Shown: positions 27,583 to 42,818 of the stretch, one piece after another
Layout: every line of letters starts with the position of its first letter
How positions within the stretch are numbered: the stretch's first letter is position 1
Assembly (NCBI GenBank): GCA_965261085.1
Contig: OZ253442.1
Location: 1,440,001 to 1,504,000 of the forward strand
DNA length: 64,000 nucleotides
Reading direction: 5' to 3'
Origin: a bacterium
GTDB lineage: Bacteria; UBA8248
Position numbers and translations under genes: made by a program
The notes under the pieces: model-generated
Databases searched by the model: none
What the model saw: the letters and a program-made list of their open reading frames with translations, nothing else
What the model was told of the DNA's origin: nothing

Positions 27583-28120
27583 CGTGCGGCAATACACATT
27601 CACGCCTGAGGATCGCTTGTTCCTGGACACCAACGTCTGGTGGTACATCTACGTTCCCCAGAAGCCGAAAGCCACCCGCCAGGTGGACATCTATTCCCAG
27701 GCCCTTCGAGATATCCACGAGGCGAGGAGCCGCATCCATATCGACGTGCTCGTCGTTTCGGAATTCATCAACGCATACGCCAGGCGGGAATGGAGAAACC
27801 GCAGGCCGGACATCAGGGACTTCAAGTATTTCCGCAGGAGCGAGGATTTCGAGTCGCTCGCCGCGGATATCGCCCATGACGTAAAGCTGGTGACGAGCCA
27901 GTGCGAACAGGTTCCGAGCGGCTTCGACACGCTGCGAATCGACGAGATGATGAGCGCATACGGCGCGGGCCATTCCGATTTCAACGACCAGGTAATCGCC
28001 CATCTGTGCGAAAGAGAGGGGCTGACGCTCATCACGCACGACGCCGATTTCACGTATCAGGGAATATCCGTCCTGACCGCCAATCCCCGGTTACTGGCCG
28101 CGGACGGCGTCGTCTACTGA
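27569..28120 (+). CDS. PIN-domain nuclease
   Basis: FLDTNVW, VVSEFIN, DFNDQVI, LITHDADF; overlaps the STAS stop. Confidence 0.9.
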   Translation: MMTRDVRQYTFTPEDRLFLDTNVWWYIYVPQKPKATRQVDIYSQALRDIHEARSRIHIDVLVVSEFINAYARREWRNRRPDIRDFKYFRRSEDFESLAADIAHDVKLVTSQCEQVPSGFDTLRIDEMMSAYGAGHSDFNDQVIAHLCEREGLTLITHDADFTYQGISVLTANPRLLAADGVVY

Positions 28121-28292
28121 CTCGCGGCGTTTTCAGCCTCACGGCCTTCGAGCGCCGTCCCACGCCTTGCGGACAGGTGAAATTCACGTACGGCTTCGGA
28201 TTTGATATGCTCTGGCCGTGGCGCCTCTTGAGTATCGGGCGGCGCCCGCCGGATGAGCGAACCAGCCGCTTTCCTCCCGGAAGGAGGGGACG

Positions 28293-30125
28293 ATGAACAA
28301 GAAAACGCAATTTTCCATCGGGTACTTTCTCTTCATATTCATCATCATGTCCCTGATCCACACCCTGTTCTTCCAGGGCGCGCGCTACCAGCGCATCCCC
28401 TACAACGAGTTTCGCGCCATGCTGAAAGAAGGCGACGTGGAGCGCGTCGACATCCGGGGCGATCGCTTACAGGGCGTTCTCAAAAGGCGTGACGTGAACG
28501 GGGGGCAGAGGTTCTTCGAGACCGCGAAGGTGGCCGACCCCGAACTCATCAAGCTCTTGGAAGGCGCGGGCGTCACTTTTCAGGGCCAGTTCGAGCCGCC
28601 CTGGCTGGTGCAGGTGTTCACGAGCTGGGTGCTGCCGCTCGGGATACTCTTCGCCGTCTACGCGTTCGTGCTGCGCCGCATGGGCCCGGGCCAGGGGGTG
28701 ATGGCTTTTGGCAAGAACAAGGCGAAGATTTATGCGGAAAAAGAAGTGGGCGTTCGCTTCTCGGACGTCGCGGGCGTGGACGAGGCCAAGGCGGAACTCG
28801 AAGAAGTGGTGGATTATCTCAAAAATCCGGATCGCTACCTGCGCCTGGGCGGCAAGATTCCGCGCGGCGTCCTGCTGGTGGGGCCTCCCGGCTGCGGGAA
28901 GACGCTCATGGCGAAGGCCGTGGCGGGAGAGGCGGGGGTCTTTTTCTTCAGCATCAGCGGGTCGGAGTTCGTCGAGATGTTCGTGGGGCTGGGTGCGGCG
29001 CGCGTGCGCGATTTGTTCGAACAAGCCATGGAGAAAGCCCCCTGCATCGTCTTCGTCGATGAGTTGGACGCCCTGGGCAAGGCGCGCGGCGTGGGGAATT
29101 TCGCGGGCGGCCACGACGAGCGCGAGCAGACGCTCAACCAGCTCTTGGTCGAGATGGACGGCTTCGACACCCGAAAGGGGGTCATCATCATGGCGGCGAC
29201 CAACCGGCCCGAGATTCTCGACGCAGCCCTGCTGCGTCCGGGGCGCTTCGACAGGCAGGTGCTGGTCGACAAGCCGGACTTGATCGGGAGAAAGCACATC
29301 CTGGAGGTGCACACGAAGGTGCTGGTGTTAGGCGTGGACGTGGATATCGTGAGACTCGCGGAGATGACGCCCGGCCTTTCGGGAGCCGACCTCGCCAATC
29401 TCGCGAACGAGGCCGCGCTCTTAGCGGCGCGACATGACAGGGACGCGGTGATGATGGCCGATTTCGAAGAGGCCTTCGAGCGCGTGGCGGCGGGTCTCGA
29501 GAAAAGATCCCGCGTCATGACGAGCGAGGAGCGCCGCCGCGTGGCCTATCATGAACTCGGCCACGCGATAGTGGCCGAACTCGTGGGCACGGCGGACCCG
29601 GTGCAGAAGGTCTCGATCATTCCGAGGGGCCTCGCCGCGCTGGGCTACACCCTGCAGCGCCCCACGGAGGATCGCTACCTGCTCTCGAAAAAAGAACTGG
29701 AAGACAGAATCGCCGTGCTCTTGGCGGGCCGCGCGGCGGAAGAGGTGGTTTTTGAGGAAGTCTCCACGGGGGCGCAGAACGATTTGCAGCGCGCCACCGA
29801 CATGGCGCGCTCCATGGTGACCGAATACGGCATGAGCGAGCGCTTCGGCCCCCACGCGATGGGCGGCGCGCCGCGCCCTTTGTTCCTGGGCGGCGGGATG
29901 AACGGCGCATCCGGTCATCTGGACATCAGCGAGGCGACCCAGCGCGAGGTGGACGAGGAGGTGGAGAAAATCCTGGACGGCGCCTACGCGCGCGCGACGG
30001 AAATTTTGACCGAGAGACGCGACGACCTCGAAGCCCTCACCGCGCGCCTGCTTGAGCAGGAAACCCTCGGCGGAGACGAGTTGCGCACGGCCTTGGGCGT
30101 GACCGAGACCCGAAACGGCGGATGA
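28293..30125 (+). CDS. ftsH: ATP-dependent zinc metalloprotease FtsH
   Basis: Two TM helices, [35 protein letters not shown]. Confidence 0.97.
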   Translation: MNKKTQFSIGYFLFIFIIMSLIHTLFFQGARYQRIPYNEFRAMLKEGDVERVDIRGDRLQGVLKRRDVNGGQRFFETAKVADPELIKLLEGAGVTFQGQFEPPWLVQVFTSWVLPLGILFAVYAFVLRRMGPGQGVMAFGKNKAKIYAEKEVGVRFSDVAGVDEAKAELEEVVDYLKNPDRYLRLGGKIPRGVLLVGPPGCGKTLMAKAVAGEAGVFFFSISGSEFVEMFVGLGAARVRDLFEQAMEKAPCIVFVDELDALGKARGVGNFAGGHDEREQTLNQLLVEMDGFDTRKGVIIMAATNRPEILDAALLRPGRFDRQVLVDKPDLIGRKHILEVHTKVLVLGVDVDIVRLAEMTPGLSGADLANLANEAALLAARHDRDAVMMADFEEAFERVAAGLEKRSRVMTSEERRRVAYHELGHAIVAELVGTADPVQKVSIIPRGLAALGYTLQRPTEDRYLLSKKELEDRIAVLLAGRAAEEVVFEEVSTGAQNDLQRATDMARSMVTEYGMSERFGPHAMGGAPRPLFLGGGMNGASGHLDISEATQREVDEEVEKILDGAYARATEILTERRDDLEALTARLLEQETLGGDELRTALGVTETRNGG

Positions 30126-30193
30126 CGAGGGGCGGCGAACCCGCGCTTCAGCCCGATGCGCACTCGTCATTCCCTCTTAGACAGTCCCGCCTC

Positions 30194-31366
30194 CTAGTCC
30201 TCGTCACTCAGCGTGAACGCGCCGTCGCTCGCCGGTATGTAGGTTTCCGGCAGGCCGAGTTCCTTCTTCACCAAGTTCGTTCCCCGCGAGAGGGCTACCA
30301 TCTTGTAGAACGCGTGGCGGCGGCTCATGCCCTCACGCCCGAAGCCGCAGTCGGTGGAAATGCACAGCCGCTCGGCGGGAATCGTCGTGAGCGCCTTTCG
30401 GATGAGGGCGGCCACTTCTTCTGGGCGCTCCACCTGGAGCCCCCGGTGGTTGATGACGCCGATAGCCACCTTGGGTTTCGTGATGCGCTTTCCGATTTCA
30501 TCGAGATCCATACCGCCCGTGCTCGCGCACTCGAAGGTGAGCACGTCGACGTCCAATTCGTTCATGTACTCGAGAGCGGGCGCGTAGCTTTTAGAAGACT
30601 CATAGAACCTCTGCTGGGCCGGGTTGCCCCAGCAGGTGTGGCACCATAGCTCAAGCTTATCCCGCAAGCCCGCCACGCTCTTGTTGAACGCATCCACGTA
30701 GAATTCCATCGACATTTCCGAATCTTCCGAATGAAAATCGAAGCGGTGCACCCAGGGTTCCTCCACCTGAAAAATCTGGCAGCCCGCGTCTGCGAGTCGG
30801 TGGAATTCGGCGTGCATGATTTCGCATAAATCGAGGCAAAGCTCGCGCCTGTCGTCATAGAACTCGTTCGAGATGATGGATTCCACGCAATCGGCGCTGA
30901 TGGAGCCGAATTTGAGCGGTTTGTCCGTCATCGCCTGCGCGCAGCGCCACATCTGGGCGTATTCGAGGGGGCCTTCGCCCACCTTCGAGGTGACCTTGGG
31001 GAGCATCCTGGCTTCCAGCACCTCGTACATGATCTCCCCGGGCACGGACCCTCCCCAGGTGGCGTGGCTCCTCGAGGTTTCATAGCCAGAGAAACCCTCC
31101 AGCCTGTCGACGATGTAGCCCACCCAGTCGCGCCCGCCCACGTTGGTGTCGAAGCGCGCGTCCCCGTCGGTCACGATGTCCAGCCCCGCGCGCTCCTGAT
31201 CCCGGATGACGCAGGAGACGTTGTCGAGATACTGCTCGCGGAATTCCGCGTCGATCATCGCTTCACGGAATGCCCTTCGCCCGATGTTCTGGCGAAACCA
31301 GCCGGGCCGGGGCAGGGAGCCCGTGATGGTGGTGGGCAGTATGACGTCATTCGTGGAGATATACAT
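30194..31366 (-). CDS. Cobalamin-independent methionine synthase II family (catalytic domain only)
   Basis: TGSLPRP, GLDIVTDGD, HTCWGN, STDCGFG zinc ligands. Confidence 0.88.
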   Translation of the reverse strand: MYISTNDVILPTTITGSLPRPGWFRQNIGRRAFREAMIDAEFREQYLDNVSCVIRDQERAGLDIVTDGDARFDTNVGGRDWVGYIVDRLEGFSGYETSRSHATWGGSVPGEIMYEVLEARMLPKVTSKVGEGPLEYAQMWRCAQAMTDKPLKFGSISADCVESIISNEFYDDRRELCLDLCEIMHAEFHRLADAGCQIFQVEEPWVHRFDFHSEDSEMSMEFYVDAFNKSVAGLRDKLELWCHTCWGNPAQQRFYESSKSYAPALEYMNELDVDVLTFECASTGGMDLDEIGKRITKPKVAIGVINHRGLQVERPEEVAALIRKALTTIPAERLCISTDCGFGREGMSRRHAFYKMVALSRGTNLVKKELGLPETYIPASDGAFTLSDED

Positions 31367-31470
31367 GTCGATTCCCCCGCTCGAAGTGTTTTAGCCGAAT
31401 CATCCCCGTGGACAGGTTCGTTGTGGTTGTCTTGATTCCCCCAGTTCGCGTCTTTCTGGACGCGCGCGTC

Positions 31471-32466
31471 TTACAGTTTCATGAGCCTCGCCGGCGTCTC
31501 GCGGAGGATTTTTTCCTGCGCTTCTGCGGTGAGGCCCGCCCCCTCGACGAAATCCACGACGCGCTGCTGCATCATGTCGTAGGGGTAGTCCGTGCCGCAC
31601 ACGACGCGATCCGCACCCACCTCCTCGACCATCCACTTGAGTGCGGAGGGGTTGAAGGTGATGACGTCGAAATAGAGGTTCTTGAAATAGTATCGGGGCG
31701 GATGCGGCGTGTGCACCTTCGTCTCGGGCCGCGCCTCCCAGCAGTGCTGGATGCGGCCGATAGCCCAGGGGAGGTTTCCGCCCGCGTGGGCGAGAAGAAG
31801 CTGGAGGTTCGGGTAGCGCTCGAAATGACCCGAGAAGATGAGCCTTGTGGCGGCCACGGTGGTGGACAGCGGGTTGCCGATGCAGTTCGCCATGTAGTAG
31901 GGGAACAGCGGCTTGTAGTCTGCGAAATCGGGATGGATGAACACCAGGGCGCCGAGCCGCTCCGCCGCCGCCCAGAATTCCTCGTACTGGGGCTCGTCCA
32001 GCGCGTGGGCGCCGATGTGATCGGAGATGATGCAGCCGAGCAGCCCCTTGCCCATCGCGCGCTCGAGTTCGGCCGCCGCGGCCTCGCCACCGTTCTGCAT
32101 GGGTAGGTTGCAAAGGCCCCGGAATTGCGCGGCGTTCTTGTTGCAGAAATCGACGACGCCGTCGTTTTGCACCTGAATGATCTCCTCGCCAGCCGCGCCG
32201 CCTATCCAGTAATAAAAAGTCGGCGGCGGCGGGGAGGCCAGCGCCATCTCGAGGCGGTCCTCCTTCATGTCGCTGAGCTTACGCTCCGCGTCGGCGAGTT
32301 GAACCGCCCAGTTCTCCTCCGTCATCTTCGCGTTGTACCGGGAGGATTCGGGAGGGAAGAATCCCTCGAAGCTGTCGGCGTGCTGGGGGCGGCTTTCGCG
32401 CTCTTTGGCGGCGAGCGCTTCCGCCTCGGGGATATAGATGTGGTGGTGCAAATCGATGTTGGGCAA
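31471..32466 (-). CDS. Amidohydrolase_2 family (ACMSD-like decarboxylase)
   Basis: IDLHHH, VFIHP, LAHAGG, GTDYPY. Confidence 0.9.
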   Translation of the reverse strand: MPNIDLHHHIYIPEAEALAAKERESRPQHADSFEGFFPPESSRYNAKMTEENWAVQLADAERKLSDMKEDRLEMALASPPPPTFYYWIGGAAGEEIIQVQNDGVVDFCNKNAAQFRGLCNLPMQNGGEAAAAELERAMGKGLLGCIISDHIGAHALDEPQYEEFWAAAERLGALVFIHPDFADYKPLFPYYMANCIGNPLSTTVAATRLIFSGHFERYPNLQLLLAHAGGNLPWAIGRIQHCWEARPETKVHTPHPPRYYFKNLYFDVITFNPSALKWMVEEVGADRVVCGTDYPYDMMQQRVVDFVEGAGLTAEAQEKILRETPARLMKL

Positions 32467-32701
32467 GGGGACTTCCCTCCGTTTGGGTTCTTTTGCGGCG
32501 TCTTCACGCCCGCTTGGTTGTAGAAATGATGATGACTCTTGGGGGAGAGAGTAGAATCTGGCGCTTTCGGCGTCAATCGGGGTTTGCGCCCGCCGATTGA
32601 CGCCCTCGATTCTGAGTGAGAAACTTGGGGTCGCGTGCTCGCCCGGGTTCGGCGGCGGGAGGTTTTCCGGCTCCTGGGCTTGCGTTGGGGGGACGATTCC
32701 G

Positions 32702-33037
32702 GTGAATGACGAGGACGCTCCACAACTCCCGCGTTCCTATGAGGGCTTCAGGGCCTTGCAGGCCGAATTCGCGCGCTATCAGGAGCGGGCGTTTCCGGAG
32801 CGCGAGCCCAGGTTTTTCGCCCTGGAGCTGGCGGGCGAGACGGGCGAACTCGCGAATCTGGAGAAAAAAGAATGGAAGGGCCGCGAAATCGACATGGCGG
32901 CCTATACGGATGAAGCGGCGGATGTCATGATCGCCGTGATGAACTACGCCAACGCGCGGGGAATCGATTTGGGCGAGGCGGTTTCCGATAAAATGGCCAA
33001 AATCGAGCGCATCAGAAGGCAAGCACCGGAGAAATAA
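32702..33037 (+). CDS. MazG-like all-alpha NTP pyrophosphohydrolase
   Basis: LAGETGELANLEKK...DEAADV...IDL...KMAK. Confidence 0.8.
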   Translation: MNDEDAPQLPRSYEGFRALQAEFARYQERAFPEREPRFFALELAGETGELANLEKKEWKGREIDMAAYTDEAADVMIAVMNYANARGIDLGEAVSDKMAKIERIRRQAPEK

Positions 33038-33148
33038 GCCGGGAAATCTCGTCATTTTTCAATTCCGTATTGGGGCGGTATCGAAAAGGGCGGACACAGA
33101 AACAAGCCGCAGGATGAATGTTCTGCAGAGCGGAAAGGATGAAATTCG

Positions 33149-33958
33149 ATGTCAGGCCACCCGACGGAGCCTGCCGACCTCGCCGACGTGCAGGCGAGTT
33201 CCGATGAGCGCAACGTCAAGATAGACAAGGTGGGTGTCAAGAACATCCGCTACCCCATCGTGGTGAAGGACAGGGCGAAAGAAGCCCAGCACACCATCGG
33301 CAACGTCAACATGTACGTGGATTTGCCGCACCACTTCAAGGGCACCCACATGAGCCGTTTCATCGAAGTGCTGAACGAGCATACCGACGCCATCGGCGTG
33401 GACAGCGTGCCCATGCTATTACAAACCATCCGCGAGCGCTTAGACGCGCAGACCGCGCATTTTTCCGTAACCTTTCCCTACTTCATGCAAAAGGCGGCTC
33501 CCGTCACGGGTGCGGAGGGCCTGATGGCGCTCGAGTGCGGATTCGACGCTTCGGCGGGTGCCGTGGACGACTTCATCCTGAGCATCATGGTGCGCATCGC
33601 CACGCTGTGCCCGTGCTCGAAGGAGATCAGCCTGCGCGGCGCGCACAACCAGCGGGGGCACGTGAGCATCAAGGTGCGTTTCGACGGCGAGTTCTGGATA
33701 GAGGAACTCGTCGAGATCGCCGAGAGCGCAGGCAGTTGCGCGCTTTATCCGATACTCAAGCGCGAGGATGAGAAGTTCGTCACCGAGACGGCTTTCGACA
33801 ACCCCCGCTTCGTGGAGGACGTGGTGCGCGAGGCGGCCCTTCTGCTCAGAAACGACAAACGCATCAGGTGGTTCCAGGTGGAGGTGGAGAATTTCGAGTC
33901 CATCCACGACCATAACGCCTACGCCTTCATCGAGGAAGAGGTAAGCCACAAGGAGTAG
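33149..33958 (+). CDS. folE2: GTP cyclohydrolase IB
   Basis: KGTHMSRF, TLCPCSK, GAHNQR, NPRFVEDVVR, ESIHDHNA. Confidence 0.96.
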   Translation: MSGHPTEPADLADVQASSDERNVKIDKVGVKNIRYPIVVKDRAKEAQHTIGNVNMYVDLPHHFKGTHMSRFIEVLNEHTDAIGVDSVPMLLQTIRERLDAQTAHFSVTFPYFMQKAAPVTGAEGLMALECGFDASAGAVDDFILSIMVRIATLCPCSKEISLRGAHNQRGHVSIKVRFDGEFWIEELVEIAESAGSCALYPILKREDEKFVTETAFDNPRFVEDVVREAALLLRNDKRIRWFQVEVENFESIHDHNAYAFIEEEVSHKE

Positions 33959-33999
33959 TTCGTTTCGGGCTCAGGGTGGGGTAAGGGCAGAGTCGAGAG

Positions 34000-34437
34000 T
34001 TAGAGGGAGAAGTAGTATTTCCTGTCCCATCCCGCGATCATAAAGATGCCTCTGTCGATGATGTCCCTTCCGAGAAGCCCTTGGTATCTTGACGTATCTC
34101 CAAGGTATTCCATCACCTGGATATTCTGAACGGGAAAGGTTTGCAGATTGGAACCCTGAGCTCTTTTGGGGTCGCCGAAAGGAATCAGCAGATCGACGAG
34201 GTAAGTGTTCATGCTTGCGACGCCGGAAGCAACGCCGACGGTTTGTTTCCCGAGAGAACGTAAACCTGTTCGTTGCACGATTTCAGGAGATATACAGGTG
34301 ATGGATGCGCCAGTATCAATCAGAAAATCCGCCCCTGTAGCCTGCCCTGTTGGTGCGACCAACGCCCCCGCTTGTGTGAAGAGAATGTGTATTATCGGGC
34401 CAATGGCAGGGTCATACTGAAACGACATGGATGGCAT
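34000..34437 (-). CDS. Retropepsin-like aspartyl protease
   Basis: FLIDTGA and GLLGRDII motifs. Confidence 0.88.
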   Translation of the reverse strand: MPSMSFQYDPAIGPIIHILFTQAGALVAPTGQATGADFLIDTGASITCISPEIVQRTGLRSLGKQTVGVASGVASMNTYLVDLLIPFGDPKRAQGSNLQTFPVQNIQVMEYLGDTSRYQGLLGRDIIDRGIFMIAGWDRKYYFSL

Positions 34438-34678
34438 GAGAAAAGAACCCCATATCTACGATTCGTTCGGTTATTTCTTGAACCGAAAACAAATCGTCGT
34501 CGTATTTATCTTTGGCGAAAACAACGGCGTCATGTACGGAATCGAAAATTTGCTCCACTTTCTCGCCGCGCATGAGGGCGAACCTTCCGTAGTGCTCTGC
34601 AATCAGTTCCGGCAGCAACTTTTGAAAAGCCTCATAGTTTCTGTCCACTTCGGTCTGAATTGCCGAATTATTCATCAT
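34412..34678 (-). CDS. DUF5678-like small protein
   Basis: NYEAFQKLLPELIAEHYGRFALM...FSVQEI; overlaps the protease start. Confidence 0.72.
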   Translation of the reverse strand: MMNNSAIQTEVDRNYEAFQKLLPELIAEHYGRFALMRGEKVEQIFDSVHDAVVFAKDKYDDDLFSVQEITERIVDMGFFSHAIHVVSV

Positions 34679-35030
34679 CGCTCCTCCCCGAATCTTTCAG
34701 GGAAACCCTCACTTGTAGTGAGTTCCCGATGCGCTTTGCGGGCCCACGCTGCGGACAAGGCTCACCTATGCTCAGATATAATATATGACCTCATATTCCA
34801 ATATACTATACCATTGTCGATACGATTTCACGACAAATGTCGAATTACAGATAAAATTTTACTTCCCGTAGCAGAACATAGCGGCCATGTTCCATGAGCC
34901 TTGGCGAATCATCCCGAACACTACTAGAACACTACAATAGAAATCTTGCGCTTTTCTCGCGCTTGAAAATCACTTATAACCACTCTTTGGTTGGCGTTTG
35001 AACCTTTAAGCGTTTGATTCGGGGCTGTTT

Positions 35031-38804
<3,774 letters not shown>

Positions 38805-38982
38805 CTTTCGTTTCCACATCACGCATCACGCCCGGGGGGATGGCTGCATTCTGATTTCCCCGTTGACGGCCCGCCTGTGTGCGATTAGATTGAAAGGCTT
38901 AAGGTACCGGCCCGGGGGACTCTTGATGGGCGGTGGATTCGGACGTGGCTTTCAAGTATAAGCCTTTGTTCGCCAAGGAGAT

Positions 38983-39067
38983 GCGAGGGTGGCGGAACTG
39001 GTAGACGCGCTGGATTTAGGTTCCAGTGCCTTCGGGCGTGGGGGTTCGAGTCCCCCCCTTCGCACCA
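38983..39067 (+). tRNA. tRNA-Leu (TAG)
   Basis: GCGAGGG/CCTTCGC acceptor, anticodon arm CTGGA-TT-TAG-GT-TCCAG, long variable arm, TTCGAG, CCA end. Confidence 0.96.
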
Positions 39068-39116
39068 ATGGCTGTAATTTTTCATGTTGTTGAGTTTCGA
39101 TTCTGGAGAGTGAGGA

Positions 39117-40487
39117 ATGACCGGCACAGTGAGCGACATCGACGCCTGCACGAAGCGTCTGGAAGTCGCCGTCCCGCGCGCGGAGGTAACGGAAGAGATA
39201 GACCGCGCCTACAGGCGCCTCTCGGGGCGCGTGAAGATCAAGGGTTTCAGAAAAGGGAAAATCCCCCGCCGCGTACTCGAGCGCTATTACGGCGAGGAGG
39301 TGCAGGCGGAGGTTCTGAACCACCTGATATCGACTTCTTACCGGAGTTTGCTGGAGGATATGGGCATGCGCCCGGTAGGCGAGCCGAACGTGACCGACAT
39401 CCAGATGGAGGACGACGCGCCGGAGTTGACCTACAAGGCGACGGTGGAGGTCATCCCTCCCTTCGAACTCGGCGAGTACAAGGGGCTTCAGGTGAAGGCC
39501 CATCGACATACGGTGACGGATGAGATGGTCGAGACGCAGATCGAGGCCCTCCGGAAGCGGGCCGCCACCTTCGAGGACGTGGACAGGGAGGTTCAGGCGG
39601 GAGACTATGTTCTCTTCGACATCGAGGGGTTCGAGGACGGCGAGGCCGTGCCCGGCACCCGGGGGGAGAACCAGGCCCTCATGATCGGAGGCGATGAGGG
39701 TGAAAAGGAGTTGAGCGATGCGCTCCTCGGCGTGAAGAGCGGCGAGGAGAAAGAGGTCGACATCGACGTTCCCGAGAACGCCTCGCCGAACATCGCGGGC
39801 AAGAGCCTCCAGTTTCGGCTTCACCTGAAAGAAGTGAAAGAGGCGCATCCTCCCGAACTGGATGAGGAATTTGTAAAATCCTTAGGGAGAGGCTATACGA
39901 GCACGGAGGATTTGCGGGCGGACGTCGCCAAGGAGATGGAATCCATGGAGGATGCGAATGCGCGAGGCCACGGAATCTCGGAGCTTCTGGCCGCGCTCTT
40001 GGAGACGCATCCCTTCGAGGTGCCTCCCTCCCTGGTGAAGGGGGAGGCGGATGAGCAGATTCGCGAATACGAGCGGCGCCTGCGCCAGGAGAACCCCGAC
40101 GTTCAACTCTCGGAAGCCAAAATCGAGGAGTTGCGCGAGGAGTTGAAGCCCCGGGCCGAAGAGCGGGTGCGCCAGCTCATCATCGTGGAGCGCATCCGCG
40201 AGGCCGAGGAAATCGAAGCGAGCGCCGAGGAGGTTCAGGCGCAGATCAACATGTCGGCCGCGCGCTACGGCATGACGCCCGACAAGCTTCGCGAGAGAAT
40301 GATGACGACCGGGGCGATGGCCTCGCTCGTCTCGAATATCAACTACAACAAGACGGTGAGTTGGCTCTATGATCAGGCCGACGTGGAATTCGACGTTCAC
40401 GATGCCGCCGAGCATGAAGCGCATTCCCACGACCATGAAGAGGGTGGGGAGCATTCTTCGGACGGCGATTCGAAAGAGGATGGATAA
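39117..40487 (+). CDS. tig: Trigger factor
   Basis: KIKGFRKGKIP signature, FKBP-like domain; upstream of clpPX. Confidence 0.96.
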   Translation: MTGTVSDIDACTKRLEVAVPRAEVTEEIDRAYRRLSGRVKIKGFRKGKIPRRVLERYYGEEVQAEVLNHLISTSYRSLLEDMGMRPVGEPNVTDIQMEDDAPELTYKATVEVIPPFELGEYKGLQVKAHRHTVTDEMVETQIEALRKRAATFEDVDREVQAGDYVLFDIEGFEDGEAVPGTRGENQALMIGGDEGEKELSDALLGVKSGEEKEVDIDVPENASPNIAGKSLQFRLHLKEVKEAHPPELDEEFVKSLGRGYTSTEDLRADVAKEMESMEDANARGHGISELLAALLETHPFEVPPSLVKGEADEQIREYERRLRQENPDVQLSEAKIEELREELKPRAEERVRQLIIVERIREAEEIEASAEEVQAQINMSAARYGMTPDKLRERMMTTGAMASLVSNINYNKTVSWLYDQADVEFDVHDAAEHEAHSHDHEEGGEHSSDGDSKEDG

Positions 40488-40490
40488 AAA

Positions 40491-41141
40491 GTGGCTCTCG
40501 TACCCATGGTGGTGGAACAGACGAATCGAGGCGAGCGGGCGTATGACATCTACAGCCGTCTTCTCAAGGAGAGAATCATCTTTCTGGGCACGGCGATAGA
40601 CGACACCATCGCGAACCTCGTGACGGCCCAGCTTCTTTTCCTGGAGGCGGAGGAACCCGACCGCGACATCGCCATGTACGTGAACAGCCCGGGCGGCGCC
40701 GTCACGGCGGGTCTGGCCATTTACGACACGATACAGTACATCAAGCCCGACGTGTCGACCATCTGCATCGGCCAGGCGGCGAGCATGGGCGCGCTCCTGC
40801 TGACGGCGGGCGCGAAGGGCAAGCGCTACGCCCTGCCCAACTCGCGCATCCTGATCCATCAGCCCCTCGGCGGCGTGCAGGGACAGGCGAGCGACATCGA
40901 CATCCAGGCGCGCGAGATTCTCCGCATGCGCGAGAAACTCAACGAGATTCTCTCAAGACACACCGGCCAGTCGGTCAAGAAGATTGAAAAAGATACCGAT
41001 CGTGATAATTTCATGACGGCCGAGCAGGCGAAGGACTACGGCCTGCTCGACGACGTGATCGTCGCGCGCACGGCTCCATCGAACGGCAGGCCGGGCACCG
41101 GCGACGATGACGACAAGAACCAGGAGAACAACGGTTCCTAG
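40491..41141 (+). CDS. clpP: ATP-dependent Clp protease proteolytic subunit
   Basis: [32 protein letters not shown]. Confidence 0.98.
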   Translation: MALVPMVVEQTNRGERAYDIYSRLLKERIIFLGTAIDDTIANLVTAQLLFLEAEEPDRDIAMYVNSPGGAVTAGLAIYDTIQYIKPDVSTICIGQAASMGALLLTAGAKGKRYALPNSRILIHQPLGGVQGQASDIDIQAREILRMREKLNEILSRHTGQSVKKIEKDTDRDNFMTAEQAKDYGLLDDVIVARTAPSNGRPGTGDDDDKNQENNGS

Positions 41142-41193
41142 CCGGGGGTCGGTTTTGTTTCGGGAAGCGTTCTTCTCCGAGGGGGAATAATCG

Positions 41194-42435
<1,242 letters not shown>

Positions 42436-42649
42436 GCCATCTTCCGCGCCATTTCTACACTCGATGAGCGTTTCGTGAGTCTTAAGCCTCATGGTCGGCC
42501 TTACTTCGCTTCGAGAGAGTCCGCCACCGGCGGGAGCTGGTTGGTTTTTTTTATGAAAGGCGTTATTTTTAATTCGCATGGGGAAAGCGCGCGTTGACAA
42601 TGCGCGGGACGCTTCCCTATCATTTCGCTATACCGGATATGCTGGACGA

Positions 42650-42724
42650 AGGCGCGTAGCTCAGGGGGAGAGCGCTTGCTTGACACGCAAGAGGTCGGCG
42701 GTTCAAAACCGCCCGCGCCTACCA
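42650..42724 (+). tRNA. tRNA-Val (GAC)
   Basis: AGGCGCG/CGCGCCT acceptor, CTTGC-TT-GAC-AC-GCAAG, TTCAAA T-loop, CCA end. Confidence 0.96.
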
Positions 42725-42818
42725 TAATGGAATTGACGATGGGGCCGATTGCCGCCGCATCGTGAGGAAGATTCGAGAAACTTCAAGAGGAGCTTGCGGC
42801 GCCAGCCAACGCCCGTTT

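Noticed and set aside
34680-35030. SAM or cobalamin riboswitch upstream of metH; short GAACACTAC repeat
   Set aside because: No recognisable riboswitch core; the 9-bp duplication is too short to interpret.
38983-39067. tRNA-Leu or tRNA-Val as an island attachment site
   Set aside because: No duplicated tRNA 3' end or integrase seen; both are flanked by core genes.
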